The notes under the pieces: model-generated
The model's input: the letters and a program-made list of their open reading frames with translations, nothing else
Databases searched by the model: none
What the model was told of the DNA's origin: nothing
Made by a program: the position numbers and the translations under genes
Shown: one piece after another, positions 36,070 through 50,108 of the stretch
Numbering within the stretch: the first letter of the stretch is position 1
Layout: each line of letters starts with the position of its first letter
Assembly: GCF_020745735.1 (NCBI RefSeq)
Contig: NC_083409.1
Span: 15,099,873-15,163,872, forward strand
DNA length: 64,000 nt
Direction of reading: 5' to 3'
Source: Hemiscyllium ocellatum
Lineage: Eukaryota

Positions 36070-38160
36070 CCTTGACTTCAATCCAGCCTCTGCCTCCACT
36101 TTGCAACCAAGACTCAGACTACATTTCCCAGAGTCATCCTGAGTCCAACTGGCTATCTGCAGCCAGCCAGAACACTCACTCTCCTTCCTCACCCATCCAC
36201 CTCCACTTCTCCCTCTTCACCTCATCCCCACCTTCCCACTCCCCCACCTCACTCCACAACCCATCTCTGCCCCAATCTCTTTTCTTTCCCACGCCCTTTC
36301 CTTGTGCTCTACCACAATCAACCCTCACCCACCACATGCCATCAACCTTCCCCCTCCCCTCCTTCAGCCAACTTGGGTCCCTGCGAAAGCCTCACCCCTG
36401 AGCCTTCCCCGACATTTACTATCACACCACCCCCCCCCCCCCCGACCTCGAACTCTCTGAGGCCAAAATGTCTATCCTCAGGAAAGGGCTCACAGTCATT
36501 CCCGCCTGATCCCATCTCAACGAAACCCGCACCCACCAGGACGTGGAGCTCTTCTTCTGCCACCTCTACCTCCGTGTCTTCTTCTTTAACAAAAACTCCC
36601 AACCTCCCTCTGAGGACCTCTCCTCCCACCTCCAACCTTCCTCCTCCACTTGGTCACCCCTCCAGACGTGTACACATCCTAAACCTCTTCACTGCTGACC
36701 AGCCACCTCAATTTCTCCACCATCCCCCACCACCCCCCACCCTCTCCAACCACAGCCCCGCTGAAGGTGCAGTGCTCCACTCTCTCTGCACCAACCCCTA
36801 GTTCACCATCAAACCCGCTGACAAAGGTGGAGCGATGGTAGTCTGGAGAACGGACCTCGATGTGCCAGCGGCCAATCGCCAACTCTCCAACACCACGTCC
36901 TACCTTCTCCTTGCCCATGATCCCATCGTGACCCATCAGGCCAAAATCACTCGCACTGTAAGTGTCCTCATTACCTCCAGTGATCTCCCATCCACTGCAT
37001 CTAATCTCATAGTCCCCCAGCCCTGCAATGCCCAGTTATACCTGCTCCACAAGATCCACAAACCCAACTACCCTGGCTGACCTATCGTCCCAGCGTGGTC
37101 CTGCTCCACCGACCTCCTCTCACCCTACCTGGACTCCACCTTCTCCTCCTTGGTTCAGGCACTTCCCACCTACATCCACTACACCAACCACACCCTCCAT
37201 CTCTTCAGTAACCTTCAGTTTTCTAGCCTCGAGTGCTTCATCTTCGCGATTGATGTACAGACCTTATATATGTCTATACCTAATAAGGATGGCCTCCAGG
37301 CCCTCCACCTCTTCCTCTCCAACAGACCCATTCAGTCCACCTCCACCAATATCCTCCTCTGCCTCGCTGAACTAGTCCTCACTATCAACAACGTTCCCTT
37401 TAAGTCTTCCTTCCTCCAAATCCAGGGAGTGGCCATGGGCACCCGGATGGGCCCCAGCCATGCCTGCCTCTTTAGCAGCTATGTTGAACAGTCCCTCTTT
37501 AGTGCCTACACAGGCACAGTGCCCCAACTCTTCTGCTGTTACATTGATAACTGCATCATGGAGTGTCCTGCTTCCAGGCTGAACTGGAGCAGTTCATTGA
37601 CTTCGCTCACAACTTTCCCCCCACCCTCAAATTGACTTGGTCCATCTCGGACACCTTCCTTCCCTTTCTTGACCTCTCCATTCCCATCTCTGGTGACAGT
37701 GTTCAGACAGACATTTACACAAACCAAAAGACTCCCATTACTACCTGGACTACACCTCTGCCCACCGAGTATCCTGCAAGAAATCCATCTCATTCTCCCA
37801 ATTCCTCTGCTTCTGCCCAATCTGCTCGGATGAGGAGACATTCCAGTGATCACAGGCGTCCACCTATTTCGAACAACATGCTTTTCCTCCCTCTGTCATC
37901 CACTGCACCATCTCCATTTCCCATTCTATTGCTCTCAAACCACCCCCTCCAAACGCAATAAAGACAGAGTCCCCAGTGTCCTCACCTACCACCCCACCAA
38001 TCTCCGTATCCAACGCATCATCCTTAAACACTTCTGCTAACTCCAACTAGACCAGACCACCAAGACCATCTTTCTCTTCCCACCCCTGGCTGCCTTCCAC
38101 AAGGACTATTCCTTTTGACAATTTTTGGTTTGCGTCACTCTCCCACCAACCCTCCCGAAC
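36070..38160 (+). mobile_element. Penelope-like element, degraded RT
   Basis: IKPADKGGAMVVW, LYLLHKIHKP..PG.PIV, DVQTLYMSIP, QGVAMGTRMGPSHA and YIDNC motifs. Confidence 0.9.
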
Positions 38161-39710
38161 CCCGAAATTGGTTTGGTTTATATTTTCTCAATTGTATTTA
38201 GGTTTGATGATGTGATTCGGGAACAATGATTCCAATTCAATATTTCATGTGGCAGCAGATCTACTGAAGGCCATGCTTTCATTTGGAGGTTGCCCAGGTT
38301 TCTGTCCAGGCTGATACAGTATGGTCTACAGTGCTGCTCCTATTGGGCTAATCCATCACAAACGAGGGAATCTGACAGACACTTTCTCTTTTTTGCTGGC
38401 AAAGGGAGAGATTTGTTTACACTGTAATTGCGGCCAAAGAAATTAGTCAGTGGATGTAATTCCAGCTGAATATAATGTTCTGATGTTCATGTTGGGATTA
38501 ACCTCGACAGTTCCCACTTGCCTTTACACCAACAGTGGGGCAGGAAGTCACCACGCAGTGGTCTCCTGGCTCACACTGAGAAAACAAGTTGATGGTATAA
38601 CTGCAGAGAGCAAGGCAATGGCTTGGACTCACCGAACAACCAGAGGCTTCAGCCAACAACTGGGTCACAGGCAAATGGAGTGTTGTGTAAACTCTCAGTA
38701 TCTCAGGGAACAAACACAACTTTTGAGCTACAAAACGGTACAGAATTTTTTTTGAAAATTGGTGTTCCAAAAATAAAATCCAATCACAATAAAAACTGAG
38801 TACAATCTCATTACAAAGACGACAGCATTTTCTTTGAAAGCTGGACGATAATGAGATGAGAATTCAAACAAGTACCCACTCCACCCCACGGTGTTCTCAT
38901 CATAACACATTTGCAAGCCTCAAAAAACACGGAAGGAGAGGGAAACATTACAAACTATATGACCACGAGTGAGGATCCATTAAAAACTAGGACCATGATG
39001 TTATATGCTCCCAGTCAGAAATAACACTGATGCATTCACATCATTAGTTTGTTGAATGATGTTAAAATGTCTGCCAACCACTTTCATGAAGACGGAGTAT
39101 TTAAATCTCAAGAGGCGTTGATGACTAGTTTCCAGTATCATAGCAAGGAAGCAGCAGCAGACATGTGAACTCTAACAAACTAATGATAACAGGCACTGAA
39201 TACAGAGCTGGCTCCTGAGAGAAATAAAATCAACAGCCGAGGCGTGTCCAGTGCTGGGAGCATTTTAGACGACACAGTTTGTTGCCAGCAAGTTACTGCA
39301 GCTTGAAAGCTCCAGTAGGTTCAGAAAGAGGAAAAGGACAATGTGCAGATTGTTGAACAGGCCCCTACACCTGGACCTGAGGCAGGAGGCCAAGCTCCAA
39401 CACACTGGCCTCACTTCACACCAACCTTCACACAGTGCGGGGTCATGAACTCCGGCCATCAATCCCTCTGGGACCGGGATGGAGTGAGGGAACAGGGACA
39501 ATTGTAGAGGAGTCAATAAGGAGTAAAGCAAGATGGAGAGGGTGTATTGGAAAGGGGTTAGAGGAGGAAATATACTTTGTGTCACTTAGTTCTGACATCG
39601 TCTATGTGTATCACATAATGAACATAACAGCACACTGTGAAGACAAACAAAAGTCCCATCAAAGTACTTTTCTTATCCAGGGGACATTTTCATTGTGGTG
39701 TGATAAAAAA

Positions 39711-39920
39711 TGAGGTCTGCAGATGCTGGAGATCACAGCTGAAAATGTGTTGCTGGTTAAAGCACAGCAGGTTAGGCAGCATCCAAGGAATAGGAAATTC
39801 GAAGTTTCGGGCATAAGCCTTCATCAGGATCCTGATGAAGGGCTTATGCCCGAAACGTCGAATTTCCTATTCCTTGGATGCTGCCTAACCTGCTGTGCTT
39901 TAACCAGCAACACATTTTCC
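39711..39920. mobile_element. Palindromic Penelope-type pLTR pair with hammerhead core
   Basis: Near-perfect inverted arms centred at ~39829; CTGATGA-A-GGGC-TTAT-GCCC-GAAA-CG-TC at 39832-39859. Confidence 0.85.
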
Positions 39921-42900
39921 GCTCCAAGCAAAGTCCCAGTTTATTCTTTACTGATCAGGGACAGTGAAGCAGCTGCCCTCTAGTGGCGAGATAGAGCTTG
40001 CACGGCTGCTGAGGATTATGGGTAAAGTCCCCTTCCATTCGCGCCCACACAAACCAGCAGCTACTTCAGCTGCTTTATTGAAAACCACAAGCTTTCAAGG
40101 CCCTGTTCTTTCAACGGTGGAACTGGCCACACGATCAAATGAGTTAGGGGCAGAGGAAGGAGATTCATCCTCTTGAGCCTGCTCCCCATGGCTGACCTGA
40201 TTATTCCATATTCTTGCTTCACTCCGATAGATTCTTGATAAGCAATGGCTATCTACTTCTTCACTACAAGCATTCAGAGGTTTCATTTCTGTTTGATGAA
40301 GCGTTCCAAAGATCTATGACCTTCTGCAAGAAAACAAAACCTGCTTATCTAGGTCTTAAATGAAGAAACTTATTTTAGTTTTATATTCTCCCTGAAAAGA
40401 AAGCATTCTTTTCACATCCACACTGTATTCTATGCTCATGTTGATATGACATCTGCTTTAATCAGCTGCTCTCCCATGAGAACAGATGCTTATCCTGCCA
40501 CCTTCAGTGACTGATGCACATAAATATCCAGATCCTACTGCCCCTACACCCATCCATACTTTTACCCTTTTGTTTGTTTTGTCCTTCCAAAATGAATTAG
40601 TGACGTCTCTTTCCATTAAATTCTATCTGCGACCATCTGCTCATTCCATTAACTTACCGATACCCTTTTTGAAGTTCGACACTATCTTCTACATGAGCCA
40701 TAATAGATCCAAGTTTCATACCATCAGCAAATTTTAAAACTATGCCTTGTGCACTCAGGTTAACATAGATTTAAATATTTTTAAAAAATTTAAAATAAAC
40801 AATTTTATAAACTATTGTAAACGAAGACTCAAATTTATTGCCCATCTCTGGTTGCTCGGACTGAGTTCTGAGCCAGATCATGGGGCCGTTAAGAATGGAT
40901 CGCGTCACTGTGTGGGACTGGAGTCACAGACCGGGTGATGACTGGGTTCCCTTGTCCAAACTACATTCATGAACATGACATTGAGTTTCATGGTTTTTTT
41001 TTGTTTTGATCCCAGCACCTTCCTTCCCAGATATTACACGGCTCACCACTGCCCTCTCCAGGACAATTAGGGTAGAGCCACTTTTGTGCCCACCCATCCC
41101 AGGAGAAATCAAAATAAACAAGGTACACTTCAAATGATCAAACTGGTGAGGTTTGAATTCATCTCTTTGAAAAACTGGAGCCTAGGCTGGAAATAGAGCC
41201 ATGACATGGGTGACCCTGGTTTGTCAGACTGAAAGGTGGAGTGTCCTTCGGATTGACACTGGGATCAGACACAAAATGAATTACACTCAAAGACCGAACA
41301 CACGGCTATCAAAGCGGGTCACCAAACTGCAAAGAGCAGCAATTTATCTGGGAGACCTCAACAGGCATCAGTGGGTGTAAGAGCATTAGGCAGGCAAGTG
41401 TCAGATATTGATGAACACACCAGAAGCACAGTCACGCAGAAAGGGAAGCTATTGGGATAGAGCAGGGAAATGGGGCAAACTGAATTTCTCCACTGAGAGC
41501 TGGAAGGGGTTTTCCCGGTTGTAACTCCTCTGAGAACGATAAAGGTTGAAGGGCTGCTTATATTATAGACAACACTGCAGCGTGCAAGAAAGGATGCTGA
41601 GTGACATATCTCCTTTAAATTGGAAACGATATCAGAAACATAAAGGTTAATGTGATTTTGGATTGAATATTGAGGAGTGAGGAGATGGAGGGGAGAGTGA
41701 CCATGGCAGCTGTCCTGAAGAATGGTTCGGTCATGTCCAGAATGTGGTGTACAGTTAGGGGCTGCTTTGAGGGACAATACATAATGGGACAGGGACAGGA
41801 GATCTCGGGTCACAAGGTTTTATTTTGAGATATAGAATTCTTTACACAGAAGGTGGTAAGAACTTGCAATTTCCTGCACAGCCTGTTAAAACAAAACCTA
41901 TCCATGTTTTATTCTCTGGTGGGACATGAGCACTGCTGGCTGGCCAGCATTTCCTGCCTGTCCCTCATTTTCTTTGAATGTGTGAGGAGCTGCCTTCCTG
42001 AACCAGCTGCAACCATGTGCTGTTGGTAGACCCAGAATGCCCTGAGGGAGAGAATTCACTGATAATAACCCAGTGACAGTGAAGGAACAGGGATATATTT
42101 CTTAGTCAGGATGATGAACTGTTTGGGGAAAACCCTGCAGGTGATGTGTGTACTATTTTATGTGTGTGCTATTTTCCCATGTGTGTACTATTTTAAAAGG
42201 GATTTAATAACCTGAAAAAGAGGAATAATAAAGGGAAATTAATGTGAGAAAGCATTCAACTAGATGATGATGGATTAATTATTGCAGTGACTTTTTGGGC
42301 AGAGTTGGCTGTTCTTGTCCAGCAGCAACATTCTCCATGGTAACGCCTCATTGCATTCCAAAAGAACACGCTTAAACCTCAAAGGTCTGACCTTACACAA
42401 AGACAGTGCTAATTATTGACAGATTTTATGACTTTTTAAAATATCAGCCTTGGCTAAGTTGGTAGAACTCCTTCCATGGAGTCAGAAAGGTTTGGCTTCA
42501 GTCCACTCTAAGGTGGGTCAACAACGATCTCACCCATCAGTGACAGGACTGCTGGGGAGCTGTTTCTGGTTCCTGGGGAGGTCCCCAGTTGGAAGCGAGC
42601 AGAGCAATGCTTGTTGGAGTCAGGGCTCTCACTGGAGACCTTGGCTTATTATGGAATCCCAGATCAAATGCAACTAAAGGCAGGTGTGGGTCATGGGAGA
42701 GGTGGCAGTTTAACATGAGGACATCATCTGAACTTCGGTCCCTTGATTGGACACATTGTGGAAGGTCAAGCCGATTTAATCCCTGAGCTGCCATTAAATC
42801 AGGATAGATTCAGGAATTTAGGTGTCAATTGGTTCCTCAGTCTACTTTACATCGTCTGATGGTGGCTAGGAATTCCAGTTCACTCCTTCTATCCTGATAT

Positions 42901-43039
42901 TCATTGGGAGAATTTGCTGCCACTGGGGGAATTGAAATGGGCCACTTGAATGATTAAGTTTGCCTAGAGTCATGCTTCAACTGTGTTACATCTAGGCCAA
43001 AGTGTAAAAATCAAAACTGATGCTTCATTTACAAAACTG

Positions 43040-43230
43040 TGAGAAAATGTGCAGGTTAGGTGGATTGGCCGTGCCAAGTTACTCATTATGCCCAAGAGAT
43101 GTGCAGGTTAGCAAATGGAAAATGCAGCGTTACGAGGATAGGGTAGGGGAGGTAAGAATATAGGTGGGATGGTCTTCAAAGGGTCGGTATGAGCTTGCTG
43201 GGCTGTGTGGCCTGCTTCCACTCTGTAGGA
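43040..43230 (+). mobile_element. V-SINE 3' fragment
   Basis: gatgtgcaggttaggtggattggcc...gggctgtgtggcctgcttcc tail. Confidence 0.65.
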
Positions 43231-44099
43231 ATCCTTCGATTCTATCATTCTATGAGGGCCAGAACAGGATCTCGACAGTGGAGGGAGGGTATTCTGATGT
43301 TCAAAAATTCTTAAACAAAGAAACACTGTAAATATAGATTTACTCTCAGTGCAGACAAACTGAAAGGCAAAATGACATATTCTCCAGTCATATACCAGGT
43401 ACAGAAAAGAGATCAGGAAAAATATTTTGATGCTTTGATGCTATTTTGGAACTTAATGATGAACAATGATAAACTGAGTGCTCCATACAAAAAAAGACAG
43501 AATTACTTTTTAAAATTTCAACAGGCCTGAAGCAAAAGAGGAAATCAGGATCAAATAGTCATTTGAGAATATAGTACTTGAGTGAGACAAAACCCTTCTT
43601 GTGAAAACATTTCATTTGGCCTTGCTTTCTCTCCATGGATGCTGCCTGACCCGCTGGGATCTCCATTCTTTTGCTGTGCTATTTCTTACAAAATGTCTTG
43701 TTGTGTGCAAGACAAAAGCTTTGGCAAAATGTCTTTTTTTTTTCAGCAACACTTGAATTTGGATCAGTTTGGAGAGAAAGCAGGGCCATGGAATCATCTT
43801 TCCCTGCAGGGAGGGAGGGAGTGTGTGTGGAATCTCCCATGGGCAGGGTTCTCCTGGCTGCCACCACATTAGGAAGGCTGGAGCTTGATGATCGAGCTGA
43901 ATGGACAGGGCTCACTCTCACAGTCCTCAGGGCCATGGAGCCTCTTGTGATGGGAGCATCTGCTTGGTGTCAGGGCAAACAATGACATTGCAGTGGGATT
44001 GGAAATGGGACAACTCGACAATGGATGCTGTACAATGGCTGCACTGACTCTTCCTCTCTGCCTGATCCTTCCCCACACACAGGTGAAGCTGCATTAGGA

Positions 44100-44860
44100 A
44101 CCTGTTCTAAAGGGCTACAACCCACTGCAGCACTCCCGACCTGCAAAAAGAAGAACACTTCTACAAAGACTTTGCCAAGAGCAGATATTCCCGTAAATTC
44201 ATCCACAGATGCCTAACAGACAAACAACATGATGGGGACATGCCACGACCTAACTCACTAGCCATGCTACCTTATATAAAAACATCACAGAACTGAAAGC
44301 TAGACTTCACCAACCATTCATAAACTGCCCAGAAACTAACAGCCATATTCAGACAACTCACAAGAACAAAAGGCCCAATACCATGTGGAAGACAGATGTA
44401 ACTTACAAGAATCCATGCAACGTTTGCACGAAACACCTCGGACAAACAGGCAGACAACTAGCCATCCGCATCCATGAACACCAAAGAGCCACTAAACCCC
44501 ATGAGCAGCTGTCCCGAGTAGCTATACACACAGATGACAAGGACCACAAATTCGATTGGGCCAACACTATGATCATAGTGCGAGCTCAACAGAGGGCAGC
44601 CAGAGAATTTATGGAGGCATGACACTTATCCATGGGCTCCATCAATAAACACATTGACCTAGACCCACTATACCGACCACTGCAATGAACATCAGGAACC
44701 AGTAACTGGAAACAGCAAGAATGGAACCAAATAAATTCCAGAAGACACAGCACAACAGCACTTCACAGGAAGCTCCAAAGCTCTGAAGATGTCACCGAGA
44801 CAGGGGACAAAATGTCTACAAATCAACTTCCCAGCTTGGTGAGCATACCCACAACTACAG
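44100..44860 (+). mobile_element. Penelope-like element, GIY-YIG endonuclease end
   Basis: YKNPCNVC.KHLGQTGRQLAIRIHEH motif (ORF 44383-44622); degenerate hammerhead-bearing tail at ~44785-44820. Confidence 0.85.
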
Positions 44861-47180
44861 CAAGAGTGAGGGGTTTTCCTGTCCTATTGTGCTCTCCAAA
44901 TCCTTACCTGCCCTCCTCATTGTCATACCCTCCTGCCCCTTCCGACACATGGAATTGGACTGCCTGTTCCTGAGACTTATAAAATCTTTCTGGAACAAAG
45001 TCTCCAGGTATCTCTGCACCTCCCTGATGTGTCACCAATACTTTCAACTCAGCCTCCAGTCCAAACACCCTGTGTGGGGGTTGTTGTAGATTTATGCATT
45101 CACTACAGATGTATTTAACCTGAGTCACTTTAACTCAATAAAGAAATGTTGATCCCATTTACAAATGGAAGATACCCATCCCTCTATGAAACCAGTAATC
45201 GTCTTCAGTATCTGAATTAAAGTTTTCATGCTTTCCATTTATTGACCTTCCCAAATGGGGGTATTCCGAAGCCCGAAGCAATACGAGATGACATGAGGAT
45301 ATAGACGGGCTGGAGGGTCAGATGGGCTGATCAGTAACAAGTGTAATTCATTCAGATAAATGTGAGTCAGTGGACTGAGCTCTCCCTGACCATGTGAGTG
45401 AGGTGAGGGCAGAGTGACAGCACTTGACACCAAGGCCTCTTTGATGGTGTGTGGCATCAAGGAGCCCGAGCAATGCAGCAGCTTTTCACCTACTATTCCA
45501 GGAAAGGGATCAACATCTGGATCCCTCTGAGCAACTCCTGGGAATTCTGTCATCCCAAAGGGACACATCCTCCTCCTCAGTTCACACAAACAGCAGCAAG
45601 TCAGCCACACACTGTCCAAACTGTTTGGGGGAGCTGACCTGAACTCTCACAGCCCTGTGCCATGCTCTGCTGGAAGATGGAGGGACTATTGGGGAGCCCT
45701 TGGCACAGACAGCTCCATCAATATTGTTGGTCTTTAAACATGAAGGTGAACTTTTCCTGGTCATAAGTCCTCCCTGCCCCGATATGGACCAGAACATGTT
45801 CAAAATGACCAACTGTGTAATGACCCACTGCTAGTCCGACAGCAATGAGCCATTCTGCTCTGAACACTCCCTGAGTGAGCTCACTCCATTATGTTCAGAC
45901 ACATTGCCATTGAGTGCCCAGAAAGCCCACCCTTACACTCCAGAGTTTTGGTAGCCCTCCCATCACAGAGTTCCCCTGTGAACCCCTTCAGTTCGTTCTC
46001 CACTGGAGAGGGCTGGTCCAAGTGGGTTTGATGGACGAATGAGATATAACGGGGTCTACTCGATATGTTCCCTGTTCCCCATCCACACACATACGGACAC
46101 AGGCTCTTCCCCATTCACTGTACACAATCAGGCATAGGTATTCAGGATGGGTACTGCCCCTTCAGAGCACCAATATGGTGGATGGAGGGTTATGGAGTGA
46201 AAGGTTCCCTCCCCACTCTGGGTTTGGACCTTCCCCATCTACACTCTGAGTTCAGCTTACTCTCAGCATCATTCTTCAATCTTTCTGAACTCCAACACAC
46301 CTTCCTTCTTTCCTCCATTTATTGGGGATGATTTTCTCAGGGCCCTGCATTCCTGCTGAAAGTGCCCCTTCTGTCCCTAACTGTAGTATTGCCCTCCTGC
46401 TCCCGGGACCCCATTGCCCTCTCTATTCTCCCCCTCGTGTTCTGTGCCTTGAGGGTGGAGGGTTTCAATTCACACACCCTTTCCCTGAGGCTTCAGCTCA
46501 GGCCATTTCCAAAGCACACAGAGACAGAGACTGAATCTTCTTCATCTTTATTCCCTTTTCCAGATTGACATTGACAGAAAACAGACTGCAATTAACAGCC
46601 CAGACAGAGGAAGCTGCACAAATTCACAGCCACAATGGAGCTTGAGGAAAACACTTGTATGGATTTTCTCAATAACATGATAATCTTGCCCTTTAAACTG
46701 TGACAAAACCTTAAGGTGGAACTGGTGGCTGAGCAGGAAGATCTGGTTTACTGAAGCAGAGACTTCTGAGGTTCACATTGTTTTATACAGCTGACAGTCT
46801 TCAATATCTTTGAAAGGTTATGCTTGGTATTACAAGTCAGCACCATCCCCATCAAACAGTCTCCTGGACAGGGACAGAATAGGGTTAGATGCAGAGTATT
46901 GCCCTTTCCATATGGTTCCCATGAAAGACACCCATGACAGGGACAGGATAAGATACAGAATAAAGCTGTCTCCACACAGTCCTCTTCAAAAACTCCCAGG
47001 ACAGGGACAGCACTTGGTTGGGTACAGAGTGAAGCTCTCTCTACAGTGTCACAGTAACCTGCCTTAACTCCTGAACCTCAGAAGTGTCCCTGAGGCCAGT
47101 TCTGGCAATGATCTTTGCCCTGCCAGCTCAGCCCTGTCCTATTTAAAGTTGTGTCTCCTCTGTGGACTGTCTCAAACACG

Positions 47181-47509
47181 CTACACACACTCTGATCTCC
47201 TGATGCTCTTGCTGAGGGGAGAGGAGAGGGTCACGTGGGTGAGGGCACAGGAGAAGCGAGCGTTGGACTCCCAGTCAGACCCAGAGAGGGTCAGCAGGCT
47301 GCTGACACTGTAGGTGCTGTCCGAAGCTCGCAGGTAGTTGCTGGTCTGAACCCCGTCCGAAATGACTGCACCGTCCTTCTTCCACTGCACCTCCAGCTCA
47401 CCGGGATAGAAGTGGTTGGCAAGGCACACCAGGGTGGCAGTGCCCTTGGCATTGACCTGCTCCGGGGAGGGAGGCAGCAGGGTCAGCTTGGGCTGAGAGT
47501 TCTCACGGC
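47181..47509 (-). CDS. IGKC: Ig kappa light-chain constant exon, apparently intact (its V and J are not in the window)
   Basis: Acceptor cctttcag at 47511-47510; RENSQPKLTLLPPSPEQVNAKGTATLVCLANHFYPGELEVQWKKDG...FSCALTHVTLSSPLSKSIRRSECV*; C1-set Cys/Trp and penultimate Cys present. Confidence 0.96.
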
Positions 47510-47779
47510 CTGAAAGGCAAGAGAAACAATTTTAATCCCTGCCATTTGAAGGGATTTCAGCTCTTCAGACATTAACTGGCAAAAGCATCATTTTGAACTT
47601 TTGTATCCAATACCTAGCAAACCCAACAAAAGGATGGACATTTATTAAAATTATTTTTTAATGGTGGACATTGAAGCCCCCCACCCAGAGTACATTCTGT
47701 GCCCTCACCACCCTCAGAGCTTCCTCCAAGTGCTGTTCAACATGGAGGAGAGACTGACTCATCAGCCGAGGGAGGACAG

Positions 47780-48400
47780 TACGTGGTCATCAGCCAGAGG
47801 TTTCACAGAATCAGAGAATCATACAGTGTAGAAGAGGTCCCTCATCTGATCATGTCTGTCCCACCAAGGCAAAACTAAATCTACTCTCCATCCACTTTCC
47901 AGAACTGGGCCCAAAGCATTGAATGTTCGGATATTTCAGGTGCTCATCCAGGTATTTTTTAAACGGTTGTGAGGTTTCCCACCTCAACTACCCTCCCAGG
48001 CAATACATTCCAGACTCCCACATTCTCGGGGAAAAAGGTTTTCCTCAACTCTTCTCTAAAGCTCCTGTCTTTCACATTGAATGTGACCCAACTCATTATT
48101 GACCCTCCAACTAAGGGGAGCAGCTGCTTTCCATTCCCCCTGTCCATCTCCCACCTAACCTTATACACCTCTGTCAGAGCCCCACTCAACCTTCTCTGTT
48201 ACAAAGAAAACAACCTGAGCCCCTCTTCACATTTGAGATGGTCCATCCCAGGAACTTCCTCTGCACCCCGTCCGGTGTAATCACATCCTTCCTATAGTGT
48301 GGTGACTGGAACTGCACACACTACTGCAGCTGTGGACTAACCAGTTTTGCCCAGCTCCAACATATCGTCCATGATCTTACAATCCGTGCCTGAAATGATA
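47780..48400 (-). mobile_element. CR1-like 3' fragment
   Basis: Minus ORF 47959-48189 closely resembles the fragment at 5794-6030. Confidence 0.8.
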
Positions 48401-49079
48401 AAGACTGCACCACCATCACCACCTCTGCTGGGTCTGTCCTGCTGATATGCCCAGGGCATATCCAGGGATGGTGATGGTGGTGTCCAGGACATTGTCTGTA
48501 AGGTATGGTTCTGTGAGTGTGACTGTGACAGGCTGTTGCTTGACTAGTCTCTGAGACAGCTCTCCTGAATTTGGCACCAGCCCCCAGATGTTAGTAAGGA
48601 GGGTGAAACAGGGTAGACAGGGCTGTGCTTGATGTTGTTTCTGATGCCAAGATCGATGCCAGGTGGCCCATCAGGTTTCATTCTGTTTCTGAGACTTCCC
48701 AGCGATTGTTAGAATGGAGGGCCTTGCTCGGCCATTACAGAAGGTGGGTCACAGTTAACCTCATTGCTGTGGGTCTGGAGTCACGTGTAGGCCAGAAAAT
48801 GTAAGGACGGCTGATTTTCTTCCCTAAAGGACATCAGTCCTTTATCTCAATATCTCTTTAAAAAACCCCCAATCACTCACAGATCGGGAGAACTTCATCC
48901 GATTGGAGCAGACTGGGATCAACACACTCCAGGAAGGAGTCACGTTGAGTGTCCATGTAGAAGGTTCCATAGGGCTGAGGTCAAGGGTGGGGCTGCTTCT
49001 CATGACCCCATGACCCTTGGAAAATGGCAGTGCTCTGACAATGGGCAATGGTCAGGATCTGTAGACTGCAATCTCAAAG

Positions 49080-49720
49080 AAGGACTTGCATTTGTGTAGC
49101 ACCTGTTGCAACCTTAGGATGACTCATGCCCCTCACTTCTGATTGTACATAGCACGATCCCAGCATGCAGTCTGATAATGAGTGGAGAATCAGGTTTTCA
49201 CTGATGTTAATTGGGAGATAAATATTGACCAGGACACCATGGGGATCTGCCCTGCTCTTCTAATATGCAGTGGCATCTTCCACTGCCCTCGAGAGGGCAG
49301 ACATCAGAACATCCCATCTGAAGACGGTCCCTCAGTGCTGAACCTCTTACAATGCTACACTTCCTCAGTATTGACACACCAACAGTGCAACACCCCCTCA
49401 GTATGAACTGTCTGCTAGTACAGCACTCCCTTAGTACTCAACCTCTAATAGTCCTGCACTCCCTCAGTGCTGAGACTCAGATTGTGCTGTACTCCCTCAG
49501 TACTGACCCCTTGATAGTGCTGCACTCCCTCAGTACTGAGCCCCTGACATTGCGGCAGTCTCTCAGTACTTACCCTCTGACAGTGCAGCAGTCTCTCAGC
49601 TCTGACCCTCTGTCAATGTTGCACTCCCTCAGTGCTGACTTTCTGACAGTGCTGCACTCCCTCAGCACTGACCCCCTGACAGTGCTGCACTCCCTCAGCA
49701 CTGCACTGCACTCACAGCCT
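49080..49720 (-). repeat. DeuSINE remnant with internal ~33-bp minisatellite (49340-49710)
   Basis: Unit gtgctgcactccctcagtactgaccccctgaca, about 10 copies (VLHSLSTDPLT repeats in ORF 49352-49726), next to gagagggcagac..catctgaagacgg Deu-like sequence. Confidence 0.75.
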
Positions 49721-50083
49721 GGATAATTTGCTTCAGTGATAGAATCATGTAATGATGGAATCTGAACAATGTCGTAGCAGGCCATTCACCCCAATAAGTT
49801 CACACCAATACTGCGACAAGCATCCCACCCAGATCCAAACCATGACTCTATCAATGTAACCTTCCTTTCGCAATGGCTCATCCACCCAGTCGTCTACATT
49901 GTGAGTGGGAGGGGAGATTGCTCCCCACTGAGACCAGGCTGACACCTACCAGTCCAATAGCCTGCCTTGCTTCCCCATCCCAGCCCACACTTGGAGGAAC
50001 ATGACCACCTGGGGAGGTTGGAGCTGTTTCCCAACCAGAGATACTGCATTCAGGAGAGAGATGGTGAACAGATGATGATTATA

Positions 50084-50108
50084 TGTGTGTGTGTGTGTGT
50101 GTGTGTGT
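50084..50108. repeat. (GT)n microsatellite
   Basis: About 12 GT units. Confidence 0.9.

Larger units (their letters stand above)
39245..43785 (+). repeat. Inverted segmental duplication arm B1 (partner 51130-53322)
   Basis: Collinear blocks 39245-39710/53322-52870, 40840-41110/52660-52370, 41365-41815/52130-51697 and 43255-43785/51690-51130. Confidence 0.85.

Noticed and set aside
38200-39240. Possible decayed Gypsy integrase or other transposon in unique-looking DNA
   Set aside because: Only vague motif echoes with many stops; cannot be supported.
39431-39470. CACAGTG in the conserved duplicated core (mirror copy near 53130)
   Set aside because: No nonamer at either spacing.
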